Source of the DNA: Macrostomum lignano
Taxonomy: Eukaryota
Direction of reading: 5' to 3'
Assembly: GCA_002269645.1 (NCBI GenBank)
Contig: NIVC01000762.1
Coordinates: 62,001 to 126,000, forward strand
DNA length: 64,000 bases
Under the pieces are notes generated by a model that saw only the letters and a program-made list of their open reading frames with translations, ran no database searches and had not been told where the DNA came from. Each line of letters starts with the position of its first letter. The stretch's first letter is position 1. The translations under genes and the position numbers were made by a program. Of this stretch, positions 28,781-46,594 are shown in pieces.

Positions 28781-31700
28781 AATGCTGGTGACTAGTGAGT
28801 AATCTCTGGTTTAAATAGCATGTTAGAATCACACATACCCACTCTCAATATATACCCACACAGCTGGGCTCTGGAATGTTCTAGAAAGTTCTTAGATTGA
28901 AAGTTCTAGAAACCGCGGGAACTTTCTCCCCAACCAAATATTTTAACCTAAATTTAAAATTGACTTTAATTTTTTGACAAAATGTCCTAAAAACATTTCT
29001 GCTAGCCAGATTAGGCCCCTACCTAGATATACATTTGTCACTATAGTCTATATTGCGTAAGGTTTTCTGTGTATGCTGGACACATTTTTATTGAATTTTC
29101 AATTGTATAACAACAGATTTTAAATGTATGCCAACTTAAAAATGATAAAAAAATTAATGAATATTTAAATTTAAATTTAAACTACAAAAATTGATAATGA
29201 CATGACGATGTTGTAACAATTCCGGTAATTAAAATGATTGGTAAATGAGAAAATAGTAGCAGAAAAAATGGTTTTTGAAATAACTTAACACAGAAAAAGC
29301 ACAAAAAATTCTTTATATTAATTTCTATGCCAGTCACCATACACCACACTATATGCCACACTGTACACAGCCAAGAAATGTATGCTGGTGAATGCCAAGA
29401 AAATCAAGTGTATGCCGGAATTTTCTAACATACACCCCACCATCCGCAAAATGGACTATAGTAGGCCTAACCTGTTACCAAAATCAAAATGGATGTCATT
29501 AAAGTGACTATCACCAAATTGTCACCAAAGTAACTAGTTTCCAATGAGATGTCAATGAACAAATACTTCATAAACATCTATGGCACCACATGTTTCTAGA
29601 AAAGGTCTTTGACACTGTCATTTTGGAAACTTCCAATGGCAGTGGCATGGTTCACTTTTATTATTATCTGATCTAATACTTACTTGGCATTTATAATAAT
29701 ATACCTGCTACTTGTATTCTGCCAGTTTCAACCATTTGTAAAAAAAACTAAAAAAAATTTAACACAGCAAACTAGGAGATTTATACTATATGCCAATTTA
29801 TATATACTATATAAGGCCCAATAACGTGTATTTTCTACCTTAAAAATTATTATAGCACTTCCCCCACCCATCAAAATCAGCCACTACAAATGAATGCAAA
29901 ATATTCAATTTAAAATTGGAAGAAAAACATTGACCCTGGACAATTTGACAATGTCTTTTTTAAAAAAAAGTTAAAGACATCAGGAAAAACAAAATTATTA
30001 TAATTGTGCTAAAAAAATGAGTTCATTATAATTTTGCTTATTATGGTTGCCACTATTAATTAAGGACAGCTGATGAATACTAGTAAAACCGGATAAAAAA
30101 TACTGTTACTTTTACCTGCGAAGCGACTACGAATATGACACATGTGCTGCTTAAAAACAAAAACAAGGTCTATCAACCACTGAATTGCACATAAATCTAC
30201 TTATAAAATCACTTTCTTAGAAACAGGTAATCTTAAACTAAACACTTTTTTAGTACATATTATAAAAAAGATACCTCTATTTTCTAGAACTTTAGGCATT
30301 TTTAAGTTATTAAAGTTTTAGTATTTAAAAATAGTTATAAATAACATATTTATAGAGATTTTTATGATATAGAAAAAATTCATTTTCAAATACCAAAATA
30401 TAATTTTTCATGTTCCGTGACTTAAATCTATTCCGTGGGTTTACTATGGAATTGCCGTGGTCCACCTTTGGGCTAGCCTTGGGTAGGGACTTCAGTGAGT
30501 TATAAGAAGTGCGTGCCAATGGCAAAAAAGTAAGAAAAAAGTCCAATTTTTCAAGGGCGATTTTAAAGAAACTATAGAAGCCAGGATGAAAGTAAAATAT
30601 GCATTTAAAAGGTAAAAAGGAGCTCTTTCAAATGACACCAACTGCAAGTCTAGCTTTGTTATACTTTTTGCACTGTCTATTTTTAAAGTTGACCATTTTT
30701 TAGGAGGAATATAAAATTGAAGCCAAAATGAATAAAAAAACAGTGGTTCAGAAAATGCTTTTTCTTAGCTGCAATGTGTTTCTTATAATGGAAACAAAGG
30801 TTTTACAGTGTAAAGGGATAATTTAGAAACATTTTTCTGGTGTTAAAAAAAAATTTTTTTTTCTTTTAATGCCCATATGGCTCTATGCAAAATTTCAAAT
30901 CCAAAATTTTCCATGAAATGCTTTTCCTGCATTGTTTCTCTTTATATTTTTCATTACCTATTGACAATACAAGCACAGTAAAAAAAACCGCTTGCCAATA
31001 GCTATAGGCGCAAAAATTTTGTGGAGGTTTCTTTTTTTGATACGTTTACATGTAAAATACCCATTGAAACGTGTATTTCGTGTTTTTTGTGAGACTCTGC
31101 CTTCCGGCAAACTAGTTCTCTGTGTCATTTAACTAATTCTGCTATGCTGAACACGATAGGCAAAACCGTTTTTTAATAAACCCATGCGCAAAGCCTGTAC
31201 AGCACATTACATTGCAGTTGGGATGTCTGTCATGCATTAAAAATTTAGGGCAAGAAGTAGAATAGTATTATAGTAGGTAAAAACCTGAACAAAATGACAC
31301 TAGCCTTGTATAAATTAAGCAAGCAGAACAGATGCTATTGTATTTTTAAAATTGCAATCATTGCGTATCTGGTTAAAATAGTCAAAATTTCATACACCCA
31401 TCCTGTTTCAATTAGCTTAGCAACTTGGGCATATAAAATAATATTAAAATATATAATTCATACAATTAACACTAAAAAACTGAACAAAATGACACCAAGC
31501 ACAGTCATTTTGGTTGGCTAGAAAATTAATTACAAGTGTTCAAAGACAAAAAGCCAACTTTTTGGCGAAAAATGATCACAAACCGTAATGTAAAAATTCC
31601 ATTGGCTAAAGGCACAAATCGGGGTTACTAAAATAGCTGTAGTTTCCTTATTACTCAACCAAATCACTAAAGTTTGGCCATTTTGGAAATGGGAAAGTAA

Positions 31701-33096
31701 GATCTATCTAGTGAAATAGCAGCCTATAACAATTTCTGAAATTTAATTTTCTCACTGAAGTGCCTACCTTGGGTCAGCCCTGCCTGAGAATGAAGTCTGC
31801 TCTGCAAATGCTTAACTTAGAACAAGGAATAGAGCAATTGAAAGATAGAGTGTTTTGTCAGCTTCAACACAGTAATAGATTTGGTTAGGCCTATTGCCGT
31901 ATTGGTTAAAGGTTAGGGCCTAGAATCGAAGAACATTGCAGGCCTGGTAAGTTAGGTTTCTTCTATTTTTTCATTAATAATGATAATAAAAAAGTATTCA
32001 TAAGTAATAACAAAATGTTGCTTATTAGGGTATTTAGGTTTTCAACTTGGCACTTGCCTTGGGTTTTATGGTTTTTTGCTTTTAGAAAAAATATGAATTT
32101 TTATTACATTTGTTTGATTAAAATCTAAAGCAAATTGAGGCTTGTTTTTTACTAATTAATAGGGCCTAACTCACTCACATAGAATATGAATAATTAAGCC
32201 TTGTACATTGTACATACATGATACATATATACTATTCTTAGACCTTGTTATACATTATCCATAGGGGGGCCTAGTCAGGATCATGTCATGGACTCATGGT
32301 ATATGCCGGAATAAAAAGTCCCCTAAAAATCTATGCCACTTCATACTGAAATGTATGCCAAGGTCCTAGGAACTTACGCCAGGTTTTCTAGGCTTTGGGA
32401 CAATAAATGACCTTTGTGTGTTACATATTTTTCTTTAAATTATTTAACAAATGTGTGGATTTCATTTAAAGTAAATTGGCTTACAGATAATGCCAACAAA
32501 AATCAATTTTTTGTTAAAGTTTTTTATAGAAAATTTCACAATTGGTTTGTGTGGAATTTTAATTTTTTATAAATCAAATAGTTATAAAATTTTCATCCTA
32601 CAAGCTTTATGGTTTTTATGATTTTATAATAAGATTCTGAGGTTATGGCATTATGCCAATAATTGTTAATATTAACTTTGGCATGAAGGTTGGAGTTGGC
32701 ATACACTACTTGGCATATTTATGCCACGGCGTCACGCTAAAAGGTATGCCAAATATATTTTGACTCATTTTTACGCCAATTGTAGGCCAAGTAAAATTTT
32801 CAATTGTACACCAGAAATTTCTGGTGTAATGTATATCATCTTGACTATAGTGCACTATATAATCTTTACTTTAGGTCTATCTCTAGAGGTATTTCTTTTG
32901 AGCACAGTCTATTATTAGAGTATAATAATATTTAGACCTTGGACTTACACCTTATTCTGATACTTTAGTATTTAAGACTAATCATTATGAGTAGGCCTAA
33001 GTTTAATTAGCTTAGTGCTCTATATTAACCTAAGTATTGGCCTAGTAATCTAATGCACAAGACTATATGGGACTATATAGGCTATATGGGAGCCAA

Positions 33097-33733
33097 CAGT
33101 GTTGGGCACCAGTCCATTAATAAGCATTAAGATTTTTCATTAACATTAACAGATTGCTATTAAAATTTTTTGAACTAACGGAATAATTAATTTGTGTTAA
33201 TAATTGTATGAGTTAACAACAAATTCATTGTCAATGTAACTTTATTGTTGCGCGTGAGCACCAATTGCTTTGATTCACTTCTTTTCCAATCTTTTGTATT
33301 TTTGCTATGCCTGTTAATGCTATTAAGACAACCTTCCTATTTGTATTTTATGATTAACTAATTAGCTTTCAAGTTTCAAATAGCTGAGTTTATTCCTTTA
33401 TGGTATGCTTACTTTTGGTAGTATTATGCATACAAGTTTTTTTAAAATATTATTTATTACCTTTTAGCTTGCAAATTGCTTAGATGACCTCTGTGTTTCG
33501 CTAAAAAGGTGGAAAAGCAAAGCGGTGTATTATGAAGTCTGCTTTGGAAATTAGCATAAGATTTCTATATTTTCTATGGTAACTTTACCAGATTAATGCT
33601 TATTAATGCTTATTAGTTAACTTTCAGTTAACTTAATGAAATTAAAGGTTAATAAGTTAAGATTTTTTGTTTTAATGCTAACGCTTTTGCTATTAACGGA
33701 AGTTAAGATTTTCATTAATAGTGCCCAACACTG
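33097..33733. mobile_element. hAT-type MITE, 637 bp
   Basis: 13-bp TIR CAGTGTTGGGCAC; perfect 8-bp TSD GGAGCCAA at 33089-96 and 33734-41. Confidence 0.9.
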
Positions 33734-35959
33734 GGAGCCAATATAGAACTAGGAAACTATCACTTATAAGTCCTATGAAAGTACAAAAGTCACTTAAAAG
33801 TACAAAAATTAAGATTAATGCACACTATATTTATACCAAATATTGAAGTGGCAGTGCATTAAAACAAACTTACAAACTTAATATATGTATTTGTACTTTA
33901 ATTATTTCATGTTACTATTTGGTGCTTGTGCATGAATTTTTAGTGAATTTATTCAATGAATTATTTATTAATATTTCATTATTACTCACAATATTATACC
34001 ATATCTGAAAAAATTACAATTATTTTGATGACAGTCATTTTGGTGTCATCTATTTTGGTGACAAAAGAGTATAGAGCTTTGAGTGTATGTTTAAAGTTTT
34101 TGTTTCTATTTTAAAAGTTAGTATTGAATAATTAATTACTTTTTTATTATTGTACATCATTATTTGCAATAGTACTTTGTAATCATAAGAATTTTGAGAT
34201 TTTGTTGTAATTCAATGTTGATAAGCAACTAATTTGAATATGTATGCTTTGGTCTACATTCTCTTAATCAGTTGTATGATTGTATGTAATTCAAGAACAT
34301 TTTCATGTATGCAGGCAAACTGCAGAAATGTTTTATTGCAATGCTCAATGTTGTAAAATCTATCTAAGACAGAAAACATTCTCGTATATAAATGAATTGA
34401 GAACAAATAAGAAATATAACTGAATGTGTCACAACTGAGTTTGCAGAATGAAATTAGAAATGTCACTTAACAAAATTTGAGCAGGTTTGAGCAGGCCTCT
34501 AGCAGGGACATGGCTAACTGGGTATTACTGCTATGGGGGCTTACTTATTCCAAAGGCGGAAGCAATTTGCCTGCAAGTTTAAATGATACTATCTTTGGAA
34601 TCACACTATCCTTTTCTAGCTAATAAGCTGCACATGAATGCTGACTAGCTGCACCTTTTGGTGCAATGTATTGTAAAAGTATGTTTTAAAATGTTAAAAA
34701 GGAAATAAAGGCAAATGAAGTCAGCTTAAATCAAGAACTAATAAATGTGTGACCCAAATAAACTAGAAGCTTTGTATTTGTCAAAGTTGTAGATGGCAAT
34801 ATATAAACATTTACTAATTTTAATCAAGTGAAGGGTGCTGAGCAATCAATAGTCACGTATATAATTGGGGGTTAGGATTAGGGTTAGAGTAACCAGTTCC
34901 CATCCAAAATGCCCTACTACATTGGCAGACAAAGTGACTTTTTTAAAAGAAAAGAAAAAATATAAGATAAGATATTGTAGAGAAAATACTAAAACTAAAC
35001 TAAAGACTATTTAATTAGAGTTAAATTGGAGCAATAAGTGGGCGCAGGACCCAAACTGATATATTTATACCAGATATTAACTTAGGGGGTTGAATTGCAG
35101 ATAATAAAAAGAAAGGGGTAGAGTGCGCAACTGAAGAGAGAGGCGAGACTAGTGAGCCAATCAGAAGGCAGCGAGGGAGACAAATAAGAATAACAAGATT
35201 GAGCTAGACAGAGAGAGAGAAAACAAAGTAAACAGAGACAAGTGAAGGTGAACTAAGAAATGACTAGGAAAGTAGCAAATTGTACAGAAAGCTATAATGA
35301 TATTATTCTGTATATATAATTTTGTTTATTGCACTATTTAAAAACAGTATGATATAAATTAAACAAGCTATTGAAAAAGGATGTGATAATTTCTGCAGAT
35401 TTTGACTATCTGGAATCCCAATATGGTTTCAAAAGTTGTTGTTTGGATCTAGAGATTTATTTGGGATTTGAGAATCTGTGGAATCTTCTATATTTTCTCT
35501 TATCCCCTCTCTTGCCTTTGCTCTCTTTCTAATCATCTATTCCTTCTTTCCACTCATCTGCCCCTTAGCCATGAGCTTGATTCTTTATCTGGCCTTTGAG
35601 ATAAAAGTCTGCCTATCCCTGCTTGGAAAGCCAGTTTGTGGGACTTATTATTCTCATGGTTGTTCTCAGGCTTTTATCATGTCATCTTTCTTGCCAATTT
35701 GCAGTCTTGAAAGGAATTTATATAACTTTAGCTTCACTGCAATCTGTATCAATCTTGAAAAATTTCAATTTTTCATTTTTTCAGTTAATGAAAAATTGTG
35801 TCAAGTTTAAAGTCAATCGCTTTATGTGGAACAAACTTATGGCAGCTGAAAGTTAGTCAATTTTGAAACCCCTTTTACACATCTGGGCCCAGATCAGGAA
35901 AGAGAGGCAGGCGCTGGCAGGTAGAGGCTGGGGTGGTTGCTATGTAGAAAAAAACAGCC

Positions 35960-36330
35960 TAACTTTAAAAGTGCAGAGCATTGCTCAGGATTAACTTTGA
36001 GACTTGAAATTTTACATGATTGTGCCAAAATAGTTAAAGATTGTCTGTGTCAAATTTGAAGAGAATCGGTAGAAGTGGAGCGGCACTATGGAGGATTCAG
36101 TAAAAAAAATCACACATTTTGAGCAGTTTTTTGTACTTTTAGGTACAAAAACTTCAGTCTAAGAAATTTTAAGGTAGCCTAAGACATTCTCCATAGTAAG
36201 TTTAGGGTAGGTGTAAAGTTTACTGTAATTTGGTTGAGCGGTTTGGGAGTCCATAGTGATCTAAATTGTACACACATAGACACACACATAGACAGACAGA
36301 GTTTTGATTTTTATATGTAGAGATATATAT
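35960..36330 (+). mobile_element. Helentron/HINE-like non-autonomous fragment
   Basis: aaatttgaagagaatcgg and ttggttgagcggtttggg motifs, a (CA/GACA) microsatellite and a ttttatatgtagagat end; family inferred. Confidence 0.4.
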
Positions 36331-36734
36331 ATATATAGCTATATATAGGTCAATATTTGGGTCCTTCTAGAAACCATATTTTTATATATGCTTATACTTC
36401 TAACAAAATGAGTTTATTATCTTTATTAGAAGTATTTTATGATTTTCAGATAATTGTTTTTAATATTATACAAGTATACATATTAATACTGATATCATGT
36501 TTAATATTTTGTGGTAAACAAAATGACTATACTATATTTTTGCAGAGGAAAGAGTGGGAGACAAACTAGCAACAGACAAAATGACTATTAACTATAATAA
36601 CTATGTAGATGGCATAGAACTGTCTAGTGAAAAATTGTTAAATTTTGGTGCTATGTTGCACCATTGCAAAATTAGTTATTTAGTCCAAACTAGCAATTAG
36701 ACCCGCTTTGCGGGACATAAAAATTTAGAAAGTT

Positions 36735-37520
36735 TACAACAGCACCCGTTAGACAGTTTACAACAGCACCCATTAGACAGTTTATAATAGCACCTGTTAG
36801 ACAGTTAACAATAGCACCCATTAGACAATTTACAATAGCACCCATTAGACAATTTACAACAGCACCCATTAGACAGTTTACAATTGCACCCATTAGACAG
36901 TTTACAATAGCACCCATTAGACAATTTACAATAACACCCATTAGACAATTTACAACAGCACCCATTAGACAGTTTACAATTGCACCCGTTAGACAGTTAC
37001 AATAGCACCGGTTAGACAGTTTACAACAGCACCCGTTAAACAGTTTACAACAGCACCCGTTAAACAGTTTACAATAGCACCCGTTAGACAGTTTACAACA
37101 GCACCCATTAGACAGTTACAATAGCACCCGTTAAACAGTTTACAACAGCACCCGTTAAACTGTTTACAACAGCACCTATTAGACAGTTACAACAGCACCA
37201 ATTAGACAGTTTACAACAGCACCAATTAGACAGTTTACAATACATGTAGCACCCATTAGACAGTTACAACAGCACCTATTAGACAGTTACAACAGCACCC
37301 ATTAGACAGTTACAACAGCACCTGTTAGACAGTTACAACAGCACCCATTAGACAGTTATAACAGCACCCATTAGACAGTTTACAATAGCACCCATTAGAC
37401 AGTTACAACAGCACCCATTAGACAGTTACAACAGCACCTGTTAGACAGTTACAACAGCATCTATTAGACAGTTATAACAGCACCCGTTAGACAGTTTACA
37501 ACAGCACCCATTAGACAGTT
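36735..37520. repeat. 21-22-bp minisatellite CAGTTTACAACAGCACCCATTAGA
   Basis: Direct. Confidence 0.95.
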
Positions 37521-38869
37521 ATATATCGCAGCAATTCCACCAATGATTATCCACCAATAGTGAGCCTTGATATCTCAGCAATTCCGCCCAGTGAAAATGG
37601 ATATCTCAAAAATTCCCACAATAAGCCTTGACTTCTAAGCAATTATACCCCAGCAAGCCTTGAAATCTTAGCCATTCACCCAGAACTTTACATCTCTGAA
37701 ATTTCCCATTAGACCTTGACATCTCAGCAATTCCCTCTTAAGCCTTGACATCTCAGCAATTCCCTTTTAAATGTAGCGCAATGTCGTCTAGGCATTTCTG
37801 TTCAAGTGATTATGCACATTTTGTAACACCCAGCTTTAATTCAGACAATCAGTTCAGGTTTCAAACAAGTTGAAGACGAAGATATTCATAATAAATTGTA
37901 AAATTTAACAAGCTAGGTATAACTATTTATAACTCATTGTATCAGCTCAAGAATTGAAGTTTAGTCTATGGCTGTAGACATATTGAGCTCTCATTGAGAA
38001 AAATACACTAATTAGATAGGGAAAATACAGTTTTTCGAATATTGAATCCCTTTAAAATGAAGCAATCTCTTAGCCAAGAGAACTGTACCGATTTGCAAGA
38101 ATTTCTGATCGAATGGTGCAAGTTTGAAAAAATCGGTTGAATAAATTTCTTTAAAATGGATTATGTACATATATATATATAGAAACTTTTCAGATTTAGT
38201 ATATTTAGAAGATAGATGGACAAGCAAGCATACAAACAAACCTTAGAGATTTAGTATATTTAGATTACACAGTGAATTGATATTGAAAATTTACATTTGC
38301 AAATTTGCATTTTTGGCTAATATATTTCTTTTTTTCTAAATAAATCAAGTCAAACAAAAAAAAAATCTAATATAAAAAATTTAAATTGAAGACCAGACTA
38401 CCTCTTAATCACTCATTTTTATGTGGTTACCATATTGATAACAAACAACTGCCAAGACAATGTAAAGATGTTCAAGCATTTAGACCTTTATAAGTAAAGC
38501 TAAGGTATAAAAAGTAGTAAGATTAAATAAATAAATAAAATATTAAATTTAGTAAAGGTAATAGGGGTGTTAAACTTGATCAAATTTAGTTCTATGTTTT
38601 ATATTTTATTTATATTTGTATTTTTAGTTGACATTATACAAATTTATACATTAATATAAATATTATTATAAATATTATAATAATTATATTATAATTTATA
38701 ATTTATAAATATTATATTATATAAATATTATTAATATTAATATTAATATAAATAATTTTATATTTTGCTTGCTTCTTTTTATTTCATTTATCTTAAAAAT
38801 AATAATAGATTTATGGTTCCCAGTATGACACTTACAATATAACTCTATTGTCTTTTTAGATTTTTTACA

Positions 38870-39859
38870 ATGGCAATGCTGAATTCTGGTCTGGTGCCTG
38901 TGCTGGTTCTGCTATCTATGGTGCATTCTACATATCAGCTGTCCATCTGCTCAGAGCATCCAATTGAAAAATGCGACTTCAGAGTTCAATATAGGAACGA
39001 TGCTTGCTCTTGCAGTCAGTGCACATCAGAACTATCCTCATGCTTAGACAGTGTTGTTATGAATGAAAACTCTAAGGAATTCTACAATTCTTTGTGCCAA
39101 AAATGGAAGTCGGAAAACTCGTGTACCGATTTGTTCATTCCGATTTCCACGGCTAATAAGCCTGGCCTAACCACTAGTGCTGAGAGTCCCGTGGTAACAA
39201 CAGTGACAGTGACAACAACACCAACAACAACCACTGGTACTACCGCAGCCAATATTTCTAAAACAGTTATCGAACAGCCATCCATTCAGTCTGCAGATGT
39301 GGCAGCCAGCCCTATGGTCTTACTTGTCGCAATTCTTGCCACTCTGGCGCTATGCAGTTTTGCTCTAATTGGATTTGTGGTCGTGAAAATATCTAGACAG
39401 AACACTAACACTCGCGATGCAATCCAATTAAATCTGCTTGCGTCATCAGCCTCACAGATGGGGTCAAACGTACGAGCCACAGTGTCATTTGTTGATGAAA
39501 CTGAAGCTTCTACTAATTCCATCCATGAAGATCAAGTCGACCAAGATGAAGAAGCTACTAATCAGCCTCTGCTTCCGACAGCGCCACCATTAGCTAGATC
39601 TGATAACGACACGATTTCAGTGAACCAGTATCCTCAGTCACCGGCGGACTTCAGTGTAGCCACAGGACAGCCTGTCCAGCAGCTCCCTGCTGTTGCAGAG
39701 GGCGAAGAGGCCACTGAGCGGCAGCCAAGTGACTCGTCCTCTCCGAGCAGCACTACTGGTCCGAAAGTTGAATCGGAACGACTGGTGCGAGCTGAAGAAA
39801 CTAACCGACCAATTCGCTATCCAGATACTCCGCAGACACCCGAAGTTCTGCATGTTTAA
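38870..39859 (+). CDS. Orphan single-pass type I membrane protein (329 aa): signal peptide, 6-7-Cys ectodomain, Thr-rich stalk, TM, acidic/Pro-rich tail with PTAP
   Basis: Non-repetitive single-exon ORF; signal MAMLNSGLVPVLVLLSMVHST; TM VLLVAILATLALCSFALIGFVVV followed by KISR. Confidence 0.82.
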   Translation: MAMLNSGLVPVLVLLSMVHSTYQLSICSEHPIEKCDFRVQYRNDACSCSQCTSELSSCLDSVVMNENSKEFYNSLCQKWKSENSCTDLFIPISTANKPGLTTSAESPVVTTVTVTTTPTTTTGTTAANISKTVIEQPSIQSADVAASPMVLLVAILATLALCSFALIGFVVVKISRQNTNTRDAIQLNLLASSASQMGSNVRATVSFVDETEASTNSIHEDQVDQDEEATNQPLLPTAPPLARSDNDTISVNQYPQSPADFSVATGQPVQQLPAVAEGEEATERQPSDSSSPSSTTGPKVESERLVRAEETNRPIRYPDTPQTPEVLHV

Positions 39860-39867
39860 TTATCTAT

Positions 39868-43575
<3,708 letters not shown>

Positions 43576-44049
43576 ATCCATCAGTGTATGCCTGCTTCTC
43601 TCTCAATTCGTCTGCTGTGTATATTTATATCTGACTTATCCAGCATAAAACACATGGTAGTGATACATGTGTATTAATCCTACAACCTATACGTGATTTT
43701 CGTGCTATGTATGTGCTCGCATGGGAAACATGATATTCGTTCGTGTAAATATAACCCATTTTGGGCAATGGAAAGTCATGACTAATTGTCGTTTAAGACT
43801 CGCATACTTATGTTACTATAGCGAATATTTATTGTCATACAGTTGCTATTCGTATTAATAATTTGTACCTCTTACACTTGACAGGCTACATGTTTTTTTT
43901 TACCATAGTAGACTTCTAGCCTATTTTTATTCAGAACAGTGCACTATGAATGCACGAAACAATGCTTTATTTCTTTAGAGAAATAAACTTCGTGTTTATT
44001 TTTTGCCTTTATTTTTTCTATTATACTCAAAGCACAGTCGTCCGAAAGA

Positions 44050-44335
44050 TTGGTAGATTTCTGCAGTAGATTGTCTCGTTGCTTAGTGGATTTCTACAGT
44101 AGATTGTCTCGTTGCTTAGTGGATTTCTACAGTAGATTGTCTCGTTGCTTAGTGGATTTCTACAGTAGATTGTCTCGTTGCTTAGTGGATTTCTACAGTA
44201 GATTGTCTCGTTGCTTGGTAGATTTCTACAGTAGATTGTCTCGTTGCTTAGTGGATTTCTACAGTAGATTGTCTCGTTGCTTGGTAGATTTCTACAGTAG
44301 ATTGTCTCGTTGCTTGGTAGATTTCTACGGGAGAT
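44050..44335. repeat. 33-bp minisatellite GATTTCTACAGTAGATTGTCTCGTTGCTTAGTG
   Basis: Direct. Confidence 0.95.
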
Positions 44336-44934
44336 TGTCAAAAAGATTGCTAGATCTCCACTCTAATTTTGTTATGTTCTTGGAGCTGCTTGTCAGATTT
44401 TTTTCAAAGTTTTTTATTACTAGCTACCATTAGTTCGAAGGTGGTAATAATTAAATCTCGTTCATACTTTCTTCTAGCTGAGTATTATCACCTGCCAATG
44501 GCTACTGACTTTATTTAGGTAGCTAAATGAAAGCATTTCAAATCTTTCTATTCTGTTGTCGCAAGATTTTTGCATGTTGACGGGCTTATAAAATTCTAGA
44601 AAAATGGAGCTCCGTCCGCCGAATATTTTTCATTACGAGCTAAATTTACCCTTATTTCCGTCGTAGCTTAGTACTATGAGTATAAAAGGTACAAAGTGCA
44701 AGTGTCGCGGTTTTTAAAATCAACAAAATACTTCTGGTTTTCTATTGTTTTTATAATTTTCTTTGATCGAATATTTATTTATTTATTAAAAACATTCGAA
44801 TAATATTTTCAAATAAAATCGGTTTGGTTGCACTTGGTCTTTGTTTAAATGTGCATCTTGCATATCTGTTAAAAATATTTTCTTGTTTCTTTGCGTTTCT
44901 TGATTTATTTCAAACCCCGAAATTATGTCTCTAT

Positions 44935-46287
44935 TGACACCCCTGATGCCCCCACTGACACCCTGAATACATCCACTGACACCCTGAATGCATCCACTGA
45001 CACCCTGAATGCATCCACGGACACCCCTGATGCATCCACTGACGCCCTGAACGCATCCACTGACACCCTGAATACATCCACTGACGCCCTGAATGCATCC
45101 ACTGACGCCCTGAATGCATCCACTGACACCCTGAATACATCCACTGACGCCCTGAATGCATCCACTGACGCCCTGAATGCATCCACTGACACCCTGAATG
45201 CATCCACTGACACCCCTGATGTCTCCACTGACACCCCTGATGTCTCCACTGACACCTCTGATGCATCCACTGACACCCCTGATGTCTCCACTGACACCCC
45301 TGATGCATCCACTGACACCCTGAATGCATCCACTGACACCCCTGATGTCTCCACTGACACCTCTGATGCATCCACTGACACCCCTGATATCTCCACTGAC
45401 ACCCCTGATGCATCCACTGACACCCTGAATGCATCCACTGACACCCTGAATGCATCCACGGACACCCCTGATGTCTCCACTGACACCTCTGATGCATCCA
45501 CTGACACCCCTGATGTCTCCACTGACACCCCTGATGCCTCCACTGACACCCCTGATGCATCCACTGACACCCCAGTGCATCCACTGACACCCCTGATGCG
45601 TCCACTGACACCCCAGTGTATCCACTGACACCCCTGATGCATCCACTGACACCCCAGTGCATCCACTGACACCCCAGTGCATCCACTGACACCCCAGTGT
45701 ATCCACTGACACCCCAGTGCATCCACTGACACCCCTGATGCATCCACTGACACCCCGATGCATCCACTGACACCCCTGATATCTCCACTGACACCCCTGA
45801 TGCATCCACTGACACCCCTGATGCATCCACTGACACCCCTGATGCATCCACTGACACCCCTGATGCATCCACTGACACCCCAGTGTATCCACTGACACCC
45901 CTGATGCATCCACTGACACCCCAGTGCATCCACTGACACCCCAGTGCATCCACTGACACCCCAGTGCATCCACTGACACCCCAGTGTATCCACTGACACC
46001 CCTGATGCCTCCACTGACACCCCAGTGTATCCACTGACACCCCTGATGCATCCACTGACACCCCAGTGCATCCACTGACACCCCAGTGTATCCACTGACA
46101 CCCCAGTGCATCCACTGACACCCCTGATGCATCCACTGACACCCCAGTGTATCCACTGACACCCCTGATGCATCCACTGACACCCCAGTGCATCCACTGA
46201 CACCCCAGTGTATCCACTGACACCCCTGATGCATCCACTGACACCCCTGATGCATCCACTGACACCCCAGTGCATCCACTGACACCC
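44935..46287. repeat. 20/21-bp minisatellite GCATCCACTGACACCCC(TGAT/AGT)
   Basis: Direct. Confidence 0.95.
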
Positions 46288-46356
46288 TTGTGCTTAATTA
46301 TAATGCGGTAGACGGCCGTGCGGTATTTTGCACATCATTATGGTTACATGTGCGAG

Positions 46357-46594
46357 CAGTGGCGGATCTAGAAGTAGATTTTCGGGGAGGGGGGGCGGTC
46401 CAAGTTTGGGGCGCCAACATAAATATGAGGGGCGCCAAATTTTAAGCTTAGGGGCGGGCGCAATCTGTGTAGGGGGCGAAAAATAAAGTTTAAAGGGCGC
46501 AAACTTAAGGTTTGTGGGGAGCGCAATATGGTTCATCAAGCTGTTTCTGGGGGGGGGGGGCGGCCCCCTCGCTCCCCCCTCTAAATCCGCCCTG
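46357..46594. mobile_element. hAT-type MITE, 238 bp
   Basis: TIR CAGTGGCGGATCTAG / CAGGGCGGATTTAG; perfect 8-bp TSD TGTGCGAG at 46349-56 and 46595-602. Confidence 0.9.

Larger units (their letters stand above)
27020..28938 (-). mobile_element. Decayed mariner (Tc1/mariner, DD34D) transposon
   Basis: ~40-bp TIRs TT(C/T)GGTTGGGGAGAAAGTTCCC..GGTTTCTAGAACTTTC flanked by TA at 27018-19 and 28939-40; transposase motifs WVPHQL, GDEKW, HDNA, YSPDLAPSDYHLF with 34 residues between the 2nd and 3rd Asp. Confidence 0.95.

Noticed and set aside
44891-45628. Acidic DTPDAST repeat protein (possible mucin or antifreeze-like)
   Set aside because: Continuous with a 20/21-bp array that breaks frame; no signal peptide or convincing splice sites
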